A DNA stretch of 64,000 nucleotides from Pristiophorus japonicus (lineage: Eukaryota). This document shows, one piece after another, positions 53,601 to 64,000 of this stretch (positions within the stretch are counted from its first letter, which is position 1; every line of letters starts with the position of its first letter). The notes under the pieces are model-generated. The model had not been told where the DNA came from and did not search any database. It saw only the letters and a list, made by a program, of their open reading frames with translations. Made by a program: the position numbers and the translations under genes. The stretch covers positions 58,962,001 to 59,026,000 of the forward strand of contig NC_091983.1 in NCBI RefSeq assembly GCF_044704955.1, read 5' to 3'.

Positions 53601-54859
53601 GACAATGTGAGGATGGGTGATGACGGCAGCTTTGAAAGGAAAGGGAACAGTACTTGGGAGGAAAGTGAAGCACTTACAATGTTAACTGGAATGGGGGACG
53701 TTAGATGGCCAGCAGTTTAATGGGAATGTGATCAAGGGAACAGGAGGTGTGTCTTATGGACAAAAGGAGCTCGGAGAGGGTATGACAGTAAATAGGAGAG
53801 GAACTAGAGAAGGATGAGGGTTAGGGCAAGGAGAACATGGGGGAATTTGGTTTGCTGGGATGGAGGATGAGGGGGAGGAAGCAGAGCCGGCTGAATGGAT
53901 GGTTTCAGTGACAAAGAAATCCATGAGCTCCTTGCATTTGTTGTTGGTGATGAGGGTGCAACGGCAGGGAGAAGGGTTTGAAGAGATGGTTGGTTTGGTC
54001 GGCAGAGGAAAAAGAGAACCAATGGCAGCACCGAGAGGCTCTGCACAGTCACAAGGCAGAAGAGTAGAAGCAGTATCCACGTGTACTTGGTCTGGCAGGC
54101 CATACTCAGAATGTATTTTACAGAACAGAAAGAGGCCATTTGGTCCATCACACTTGTGCCAGCTCTCTGAAAGAGAGGTCCACAGTCCCAGTTCCCTATT
54201 TCTGTTTAAGTTTTACTTTTTCAAATATTTACTCACTGCCCTTTGAATATTTGGTATGGATTCTGCTTCCGCCATTGTTTGTGATCTTCTAACAACCCTC
54301 TGTAAAAAAAATTAATTAAAAAAATAACAACACACGTTTATATTGTGCATATCACCTAGAAACACATTCCAAGGCACTACACCAAGAGATAAAGGGGAGA
54401 AGTCAATCCCAAGTCAAAGAAGAGGGGCGAGTGAAAACTATATTAAATAAGTGAGTTTTAAGATCTTAAAGGAGGTGTCAAGGCCGAGGGATCTAGGTAG
54501 AGAATTCTGCAGAATAGGACCCCAAGGTGTGAATCCAGGGATCTAAAGTGCAAATGCTGGCCATACAGATTGGAGGGATATGGCTCAATCTGAAAGACAT
54601 AGTCCAGTTATGAGGCATTATACCACTGGGTGTGTAATGACCCGGGATGGGCAAGGAATATGGCATTCATCCTTCGAGGTAAATGGGCAGCCACCAAATG
54701 CTTGCATGATGCAAGGCGTACCTTGACACTAGTACATACACCTCTGGTGCAGAGTGGCCAGTATATAAAGGATAGGGTAGCCTGAATTCCTGGTTTTTCA
54801 GATTTCGTTTACATTCCTTTGGCTGAGGTACAGCTAGTACATCACTCGGAAGTTCATAT

Positions 54860-55440
54860 ATACATCATCTTTAGACACTCCCTTATCCACTATTAGTGCT
54901 AGTGACCTCCTCAAAAATGTCAACTAAGTTAGTCAGGGGTGACCTATCCTTCACAACTGCATGCTGACTCTCTTTGATCAGCTCATACTGGTCCAAATGC
55001 TCAGTCAATCTGTCTCTGATGATAGACTCCACTAATTCCCCACAATTGATGTTAAACTGATAGGTCTGTGGTTACCTGATTTCAAACCTCCCTTCTTAAC
55101 TAATGCAGTGACATTTGCAATTTTACAATCCAAAGGCTTGATTCCTGAATCTAGAAATAGTGAACCAAAGCTGTAGAAAATTATGACTAATGTATCTGCA
55201 ATTCCTCCAGCAGTGTATTTTAATGCACTAGGGTGGTAACCATCAGGTTCTGAAAATCTATATATCTTAAATCCCATTATTTTCTCCCCTAGCATTTTTC
55301 TTACTTATGTAAATCCATTAAGTTCCTCCCCTTGACTTATTTTTAGGTTCCCTTGTATCACCAGTGGTCGTGCCCGCTTCCTCTACTGTGAAAATGGATA
55401 CAAAATATTAATGGAACAAGTCTACCATTTCCTTATTGTC
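54860..55440 (-). mobile_element. Older CR1 ORF2 fragment
   Basis: PDGYHP, KIANVT, HRPISLTSIVG. Confidence 0.7.
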
Positions 55441-55943
55441 CATTATAATCTAGTCTATGGCCAATATAATGAAGGGACAAGAAACGTGTGTGGTTACTCT
55501 GAGTCAGGGAAAGGTTCTGGGCTGAACCAGACCAAAGCAGCAGCAGCGTCTCACCTGCAGCAGTGACCCTGCCCACATGGCAGCAGACGCAGAGGCCAGG
55601 CTGCAGGGTTAGGAGTCACATGCTACTGCAGTGAGCTCAGCTGCATTGAAGCATGCGAGGGAGCTGATGCCATCCCACGTAATAAATCGCTGGATGCAAT
55701 CAACCTTGGTTAGGTTGAGCTGCACTAAGTTAGTTGAGGCTCTGCAGATCGATCCAACACAAGAGGTTAAGCAAGTTCAGACGACAGAAGGCATCACTGA
55801 CTGCAGGCCAGCCTGCAGAATGGTACAGTTGTGCAGATGGGTTTTTGATCTAACAGTGCAGTTTAGCATCAGTTGAGGGATAGGAATCAGAAGTGTTCCA
55901 ACTGATAAGGCACTACAGGTATACCACCAAGATTTATTAAAGG

Positions 55944-57025
55944 AACATAAGAATATAAGAAATAGGAGCAGGAGTAGGTCACCTGGCCCCTCTAGCCTGC
56001 TCCACCATTTAATAAGATCATGGCTGATCTGACCATGGACTCAGTTTCACTTCCCTACCCGTTCCCCATAATCCTTTATTCCCTTTCGCTCAAAAATCTG
56101 TCTCTCCGACTTAAAAATATTCGATGACCTAGCCTCCACAGCTCTCTGGGGCAGAGAATTCCACAGATTTACAACACTCTGAGAGAAGAAATTCCTCCTC
56201 ATCTCTGTTTTAAATAGGCAGCCCTTATTCTGAAACTATGTCCCCTAGTTTTAGTTTCCCCTATGAGTGGAAACATCCTCTCTGCATCCACCTTGTCGAG
56301 CACCCTCATTATCTTATACGTTTCGATAAGAACATCTCTCATTCTTCTGAACTCCGATGTGTATAGACCCAACCTACTCAACCTATCTTCATAAGTCAAC
56401 CCCCTCATCTCCGGAATCAACCTAGTGAACCTTCTCTGAACCGCCTCCAATGCAAGAATATCCTTCCTTAACTACAAAGACCAAAACTGTATGCAGAACT
56501 CTAGGTGTGACCTCACCAATACCCTGTACAGTTGTAGCAGGACTTCTCTGTGTTTATACTCTATCCCCCTTGCAATAAAGGCCTGCATTCCATTTGTCTT
56601 CCTGATTACTTGCTGTACCTGCATACTAACTTTTTGTGTTTCATGCACAAGGACCTCCAGGTCCCTCTGTACTGCAACACTTTGCAATTTTTCTTCTTTT
56701 CTGCCAAAGTGGATAACCTCACATTTTCCCACATTATACTCCATCTGCCAATTTTTTGCCCACTCACTTAGCCTGTCTATATCCCTTTGCAGATTTTTTG
56801 TGTCCTCCTCACAATTTGCTTTCCCACCCATCTTTGTATCATCAGCAAACTTGGCTACATTACACTCTGTTCCTTCAAGTCATTAATATAGATTGTAAAT
56901 AGTTGAGGCCCCAGCACCGATCCCTGCAGCATCCCATTAGTTACTGTTTGCCAACTGGAAAATGACCAATTTATCCCAACACTCTGATTTCTGTTAGTTA
57001 GCCAATCCTCTGTCCAGACTAATAT
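55944..57025 (-). mobile_element. CR1 LINE 3' fragment
   Basis: QGSVLGPQLF, GKCEVIHFG, LVRSHLEFC, and CR1 tail. Confidence 0.9.
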
Positions 57026-57559
57026 AAAGGGAGCCCATAACATCTGACTTGGAGGAAATCAGGGCGGGGGGGGCAGGGTGGTGGAAACGCAAAAAGAACA
57101 AATTATGGTAGCACTTTTACTGGACCACTATTTCTAATGACGTAGGAATTTTTTCGGATGTGTGATCAGTGTCAGTAAATGGATAAACCAGGGATCACAA
57201 CAAAGCACCTTTGCAACCCCTATCCATTATGAACAAACCTAAAGCAGGTGTGCCTCGATGTCTTAGGCTCAATGCCTGTCGGGAATCACTGAAGGGAATG
57301 CTACATGTTGAACATGGTAAATTATGTGTCCTAGTATTCAAGTGCTTCAGTGGAAATGGACATTCAGGTCAATGTGCTGTTATGAATAGTTATTTTCCAG
57401 AGGGATATTGTTCAATTAGATTCCCATTAGTGATTCACTTGTGGCAGTATGGTCAAATAAAGCCTCTTTAATCATCTCATACCAAGGTTTGATGTCATAC
57501 TGACTAGAGTGTTGCGTGCATCATTGAACAGAACCCAGAGCGCTGAAGGCACGGAAGTA

Positions 57560-57884
57560 CAGGTTGAACCTTCCTTATCCAGAGCTCCCTTATCCGGAAC
57601 CACCCCTCATCCGGAACCATTCCTGGCCACCAGGTGGCGCATGCGCAGAACTCCAACATGAACAAATTGAAGTCCTTCCTCGTTGCGGACTCCCGTAATC
57701 GCTGGCCTGACCCCGCGATCCACCCCCCCTCCCCCCCATGATCTCTCTGCCGCACACGCAGCCCCAAGCCTGCCAGCCCCGATATTCAGTACCTGAACCA
57801 TCCAATTTAATGTGACCTCCCCTCGTCCGGAAAAATCCCTTATCCAGAACAGGCCAGAGTTCTGGATAAATGAGGTTCAACCTG
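57560..57884. mobile_element. Tc1/mariner-pogo(Tigger)-like MITE
   Basis: ~28-bp TIRs caggttgaaccttccttatccagagctc / gagttctggataaatgaggttcaacctg. Left flank TA, right flank TC. Confidence 0.75.
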
Positions 57885-58343
57885 TCCTGCAAGAATCTAC
57901 AAGGTTCTTTCTATTGGAATTCCTATCGGGGCAGAGAACCCTTTCCTTTAATGCTAATCAGAGAGATTTGGTCAGGGAAGACCATTGATGAGAACAGGAA
58001 TGTTATAACCGGCTGAGTGTTTCGGCATTTTCTGCTTTTGTTTTACACAGTTGTACAGTTCAACTCTCACCACAAAGCTGCAAATTTGAGCCTCAGCTCC
58101 AACTCCTTAATGGGGCGTTTCAGCCATTGTCAAATGCTCCTACAGAATAACAGACCTCCTCATAGAATGTGGGATTCCCATTTCACAAGGGTGGTGGGTT
58201 AGAGGAAGAGAAGAAAACTTGACTTAAAAGCCACTTGTGTCACCTGAGTTCTCTGTGAGATGGTCTGTGATGTGATGTGTGGCAGAAAAGTGGCAGCAAA
58301 ACCTAAATTGTTTTTGATTATGTAATTGTGTAACTATTCTTAT

Positions 58344-58396
58344 TGTTCCTCAGAGAAAAGAGGGTGGGGTGCTGCAATTGCAAACAGACTTGATAG
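58344..58396 (+). pseudogene. IAH1: IAH1 exon 2 remnant
   Basis: 53 nt CSSEKRGWGAAIANRLD(R)|gtaagt versus IAH1 FSFQQGGWGASLADRLVR. The expected acceptor reads ttcttAT instead of AG. Confidence 0.75.
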
Positions 58397-58564
58397 GTAA
58401 GTTAAAATATCTGTATATGACGTGATGTCTGTAAAGGAGCTGTCCACCTTAATCAGTTGGCAATAGAATTGTTAATACAATACTGCAGTTCTACCAAACT
58501 GCAACTTTAAAAAATCAAAAGTAAACAATAAAAAGAGAACAGCACTTCGTTGCAACTATTAGAA

Positions 58565-58790
58565 CTCTCCTACTCGTCTTCAAAATAGTGCCATGGAATC
58601 TTTTACATCCACTTGAACAGGCATACAGTGCCTTGGTCTCATCTGAAAGACAGCACAGTACTCGAGTGCCTGCCTAGAATAACACTGGAGTGCCGGTCTA
58701 GAATTTTGCACTTAAGTCTTCAGTGGGACTTGAACCCACAACCTTCTAACGCCAAGGCGAGAGTGCTACTACTGAGCCATGGCCAACACC
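58565..58790 (-). mobile_element. Partial tRNA-SINE (same family as 23410)
   Basis: Reverse complement of the head and core (aaaatagtgccatggaatctttt; actgagccatggccaacac). Confidence 0.7.
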
Positions 58791-58924
58791 TAAGAACAAA
58801 ACAACATCATAGAACAAAATGAACACAGAGCAGAAGCTAACAGCTGGGGCAGAAAAAGCTGATGAAGGGAAAATTCTTTTGTAAATCTTTGCAAACAGGG
58901 AGGGAAATGGTAAGGTAGAAGGAC

Positions 58925-59290
58925 TTTCAGAGGGGAGGGGCACAGTAGCACAAAGGATGGCCATCTATGGTGGAGCAAAGATCACAAGGAATGGGGAATA
59001 CAGCAGTATCAAAGGAGTGAAGGATGTGAGCATGGGTATAGAGGACTGAATGAAATCGAGGTAGGATGAGACTTGGCTGTGGAGGCACTTGATGGGGATG
59101 AGGATCTTGAAATTGCTTCGTAAGGGTATGGAGATCAGTGAATCCTAGCATGGTTATAGGTAACGGAAGTAGGTCAGAATGAGGGCTGTGACATTCTAAA
59201 TCAGGTTTGTGGAGGGTGGAAGCAGGAAGGTCGGGTAGTAGAGCATTAGAGCAGTCAAACCTCAAGGTAATAAAGGTGTCATTTTGACAG
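58925..59290 (-). mobile_element. L2 fragment
   Basis: TFITLRFDCSNALL remnant. Confidence 0.55.
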
Positions 59291-59348
59291 TTGCTCTCAA
59301 CAAAATTGCACAGTTTCTGAGTACGAGTATACAAGCAGAATAGATCAT

Positions 59349-59453
59349 ACAAAAGCAAAATACTGCAGATGCTGGAAATCTGAAATAAAAACAGAAAATG
59401 CTGGAAATACTCAGCAGGTCTGGCATGATCTATGGAGAGAGCAACAGAGATAA
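59349..59453 (-). mobile_element. Penelope pseudo-LTR end, cut by the Harbinger insertion
   Basis: Reverse complement of ~22470-22566. Confidence 0.75.
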
Positions 59454-60540
59454 GGGGCCCAAATTTCCCCAGCCGCCTAGAGCGGCATAGTTAGGGGCGG
59501 CACACCGACTTTGTGAGACAAAAAATGCGCCAAAAATGTACCTGGTAATTTGGCTGCTCCCTCATCCTCCAGATCCATCGACATGGCACTGCAGAGCCTG
59601 TGGGGGGGGGGGGGGGGGGGCGGAGCTTTGGCTGGACTTCCTCAGCGCAGCTGGCAGGGGGGGAGGGGCTTGGGCCCAGCATCTCATGGAGTGCCGGTAG
59701 GAGGACGCATGTCAGTTTGAGCGTGCGCGCATGTACAATGCGCGTTTCAGCATGCGAAGTGGAACAGAAAGCTTGGCAATTGGGCAATTAAAGGGAGAGC
59801 ATCCTCAATATCATTGGTAATGGAGCATATATAAAGGTGAGGTCTGAATATTGATTTTTGTGTGGCTGAGGGAGTGGAAAGGAGTGCTGGAGAAAGGTGG
59901 AAGAGAGGTGTAAGTGTGATTTTTGAACATTACCTGAGTGAGTCCAATAGACGAATGGCGCAAGAGCATGCAACAAGAACAAAGAATTTCCTCCATGAGG
60001 AAGTGGAGAAACTAGTGACTGTCATTGAGAAGAAATGGCTGGAGTTGGATATCAGCAAGAGTGGTCCCACAAAAGTTTCACCCAAGGAAATGAGAAGAAG
60101 ATGGAACCTAGTTGCAGAAGAATACTCCGCAGGAGTGAATACCGCAAGATCTGGAAGCCAGTGCAAAAAGAAATGGCAGGACCTTAGTTCAAGTAGTGAG
60201 TGTAAGTAATACCTTCATCTTTAAATTGAATTGCAGTTGAAAATGTGATTATCTGTATGTGCCCCACCCATCAGAAGCGCATCATGTGTGAAAATTAAGA
60301 TTTTCATCTTTGCAGAATAAATTGGCCCACAACAAAAGGGAAAGACTTTGAACAAGAGGAGGTCCGCCAAATCTGCACCAACTGTCACCCCTGGAAAAGA
60401 GGGTTGCTGCCTTGCAGAGTCGCACTGGCAGAAAAAGAATCAGCTCTGCACAAGCTAAACCCACACGCGAGGGTGAGGGCGAGTCATTCAAATGCATAGT
60501 CGCCCTTCAAATTAACCTGCTGACTGGCCTGCTACGATCA
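59454..60540 (+). mobile_element. PIF/Harbinger transposon left arm with a decayed intron-containing Myb/SANT DNA-binding gene (59955-~60202, 60316-~60472)
   Basis: Starts taa|ggggcccaaatttcccc. Protein RTKNFLHEEVEKLV...RRWNLVAE...RSGSQCKKKWQDL. gtaagt...ttgcag intron, then NKLAHNKRERL*TRGGP. Confidence 0.8.
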
Positions 60541-60938
60541 GACTACTCATGCCACCCATCCTGCACCCTCCTGTGCTGCTAACCATTTGACTGTTGAAAT
60601 GAGCCATAAGCAAGGTCCTGAGTTTGATTCCCAGGCTATGCAGTTAGCTGATCTCTGCCAACTAACTTAGGCCAGTGTATGTGGCCACTTTTGTAGGCAC
60701 CGAAAAACCTGACCTACATTTAAAAAATCAGCGCAGGTAGCCAGAGATAGTGGGGGTGGAGGGGGACGGGGGGGTGGGGAAGGCGAGTTAAATTCCCTGC
60801 AGTGCCTACCTTCTGTAAGAGATAACATGTAGGAAGATACAGTACTACAAACTAGTGCTATGTTAGTAATATGCACGTGTTCACAAGAAATTGCTTTAAA
60901 ATGAAGCGGAGATAAACTTGTCTTGAAAAATAGAATAA

Positions 60939-61369
60939 TGGAGTTAATTGCTTCAGGAGCAGTTTTGAGAGCTTCGTTATATAGCTTGTACTCTGCAGGT
61001 TTATCATCTGTCATACCACATTGTGTAACTTGTCCTCACGGTTTGTGACTAGATGTGAACCCAGTGCAGCACATTCCTCTCGCTGAGTGTGCTGAAAATC
61101 TGAAACATATAATCCAATAGCTGAAATCTATAGGTGCTTGTGAAGAAAAGATGATCTTGATAATACCACCTCCTCTGGGTGAGTCAGCCTGGAAAAAGAC
61201 ATGCATTGCCATTGGTAATAGAAACATATTCATATACACAATTAAAAAACACTTCAGATTTTTGGAGTTAATTGCTTCAAGAGCAGTTTTGAGAGCTTCG
61301 TTACATAGCTTGTACTCTGCAGGTTTATCATCTGTCATACCACATTGTGTAACTTGTCCTCACGGTTTG
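60939..61369. repeat. 107-bp direct repeat (60939-61045 and 61263-61369)
   Basis: Two copies differ at 2 positions. Confidence 0.9.
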
Positions 61370-64000
61370 CGGTCAGAAAATCTATGGACTCATAAAGAAT
61401 CTCCTCTCACCCTTAAGTCCAATGGACAAGGACTATGAAACATTGTGTGCTCTGGTATATGACCATCTCAAACCAGATGAAGGCATCATCATTTCAAGAT
61501 ATCAATTCTATACGCACGTTCATTCTGAGGGCCAGGATCTATCGGAATTCGTTGTCGACCTAAGATGTCTAGCTGGACCGTGTAAGTTCAAAACTGCGTT
61601 GGCAGACATGCTGCGGGACTTCTTTGTAATCGGCATCAATCACGAGGTGATCCTGCATAAGCTACTGGCGGCGGAGACGCTGGATTTGAGCATGGCCATC
61701 ACGATTGCCCAATCATGCATGAGGACGGACAAAAGCTTAAAGCAGATATCATTGAAAAATCGGAACTCGGCAAGTACTGTAAACAAGATAGTACCGTCAT
61801 TTGGTAGAACTGCATATGGCAGGGCCTACCCGACTGCGTACGCAAAACCTGTGTCTGCTCAAAGTCCGCCAACGGGAAAGAATCCGATATCATCGTGTTG
61901 GTGTTGTGGGGGAAATCATCGACATCATCAGTGTCGGTTTAAACAGTACATTAGTAAAGGCTGTTCGAGAGTGGGGCATCTCCAGCGCATGTGTCCGCAA
62001 CTGAGCAAGCGTGCTGCGAAACAGCACGTGGAGGATGATGACCAGTCTAGCGCAGATCCGGATATGCAATCCGAGATACCAGAGGAGGAAGTGTATGGAC
62101 TGTATTCATTCCTAACAAAGAGCCAACCGATAATGATTAATGTGAAACTTAATGGTGTGCCGGTATCGATGGAATTGGACACAGGTGCAAGTCAATCAAT
62201 AATGAGCCAGAGGACATTTGACAGGCTGTGGGATACTAAGGCTGTGAGACCTAAGCTGAGTCCAGTCAATACCAAGTTGCGTACGTACACTAAAGAACTC
62301 ATAACGATGATTGGCAGTGCAGTAATCAAGGTGTCGTATGATGGTGCGGTTCACCATTTACCGTTGTTATGGATTGTTCCAGGCAATGTTCCAACGCTGT
62401 TCAGCAGGAACTGGTTAGAAAAAATCAAATGGAACTGGAACGAGATCAAAGCAATGTCATCGGAGGAGGATACTCCATGAGCTCAAGTGCTGAGCAAGTT
62501 CCCCTCGCTGTTTGAACTAGGCATCGGCAATTTCACAGGAGCCAAGGTGCAGATTCAAGTGGACTCGGATGCAAGACCTGGCACTGAGAATTGTGCCGAT
62601 GCATTGAGCCGTCTGCCATTGTCCACACCGGAGGTGGAAATGCCACAACCGGAAGATCTCCTGTTAGTCATGGATGCTTTTGAAAGTGAAGGAACCTCTG
62701 TCAAGGCCCAACAAGTTAAGATCTGGATCAGCCAGGACCCGATATTATCAGTTGTGAAACTTTGTATCCTTAGTGGTGATTGGTCTGCCATACCCAAGCA
62801 AATGTGTGAGGAGACCAAACCTTACATCTGTCGCAAAGACGAAGTATCCATTCAATCAGATTGTATACTGTGGGGTAATCGTGTTGTTATGCCCAAGAAA
62901 GGCAGAGAGAAATTTGTGCATGATCTACATAGCACGCATTCTGGTATTGCCATGATGAAAGCCATTGCCAGGTCTCATGTATGGTGACCTAGAATTGACT
63001 GTGCTCTGGAATCATGTGTGCATCAGTGGAACACTTGCACGCAGCTTAGTAAAGCACCAGCGGAATCGCCGCTGAGTCTGTGGTCGTGGCCATCTAAACC
63101 ATGGTCCAGGATCCACATCAACTTTGCAGGTTCCTTCCTGGGAAAGATGTTCTTAATTGTGGTAGATGCTTATTCCAAGTGGATAGAGTATATAATCATG
63201 TCATCCAGCACATCCACAGCTACCATTGAGAGCCTTCGTGTCATGTTTGCTACGCGTGGTCTGCCTGACAGTGTTGTAAGCGACAACAGATCTTGCTTCA
63301 CCAGTATGGAGTTTCAAGAGTTCATGAAACTCAATGGTATCAAACATGTAAGGTCAGCACCATTCAAACCAGCATCCAATGGACAAGCAGAGCGTGCAGT
63401 CCAAACCGTCAAGCAGAGTATGAAACGTGTAACTCAAGGTTCACTGCAAACTCGCTTGTCACGCATATTGCTTAGTTACAGGACAAGACTCCATATGCTT
63501 ACCGGGGTCTCCCCTGCTGAACTATTGATGAAGAGAGGTCTCAAGACCAGACTCTCTCTTGTCCACCCTGACTTGAATAATCGTGTCGAATACAGACATC
63601 AAAGTCAGCAAGGGTATCATGATCACGCTACTGTGTCATGCGACATTTCTATCAATGATCCTGTGTATGTACTGAATTATGGTCAAGGTCCCAAATGGAT
63701 TGCCGGTACTGTTATGGCCAAGGAGGGTAACAGAGTGTTTATCGTTAAGCTCAAGAATGGGCAGACATGCAGCAAATATGTCGATCAGATAAAGCTGCGT
63801 CACACGGATGAACCGGAACAGTCTGAGGAAGACATAATCAGTGACCAACCAACCTACCCTCAGTCATCAGAGGACTCCGCTGTCATCTGGACTTTCAATC
63901 ACTGACATGGTCAATGATTCTGGACTTTCAATCCCTGACGTGGTCATTGCCACTCCCATCAGATTGGCTACCCAGCCTCCAGTCATAACAGATTCAGAAC
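61358..64000 (+). mobile_element. Ty3/Gypsy LTR retrotransposon internal region: gag, zinc knuckles, protease, integrase; RT/RNaseH missing
   Basis: Gag LRDFFVIGI, knuckles CWCCGGNH...CSRVGHLQRMC, protease ELDTGAS, ADALSRLP, integrase HSTHSG, RIHINFAG, VSDN, SNGQAERAV. Premature stops present. Confidence 0.92.

Larger units (their letters stand above)
50470..54090 (-). mobile_element. Old L2 LINE broken into pieces (50470-50805, 52860-53190, 53600-54090) by CR1 and RTE insertions
   Basis: HAFVISSLDSSN, SISNLPFLSKVLE, QSGFCPCHS, NNKCKELMDFF motifs. Confidence 0.7.

Overview
Eukaryotic, repeat-rich vertebrate DNA. The CR1, L2, RTE, Penelope, SINE, Harbinger and Gypsy content looks like a cartilaginous fish (shark); that assignment is inferred. 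The window covers the syntenic block ITGB1BP1(-) / CPSF3(+) / IAH1(+). CPSF3 is complete: 18 coding exons, 17122-48010, 2082 nt, 693 aa, all splice phases consistent, with a GC-AG last intron. The first two coding exons of ITGB1BP1 (ICAP-1) lie head-to-head on the minus strand. IAH1 appears only as decayed exons 1 and 2 (stop, frameshift, lost donor, lost acceptor), so it is a candidate unitary pseudogene. Other points of note: two Penelope-derived minimal hammerhead ribozyme motifs in sense orientation within host introns; a ~1.9 kb C-rich minisatellite (with a 200-N gap) just inside CPSF3 intron 1; a Harbinger element with a Myb/SANT gene plus related MITEs; and a Gypsy element whose RT-RNaseH region is deleted in frame. 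All family and gene assignments come from recognising motifs by eye; no database search was run.
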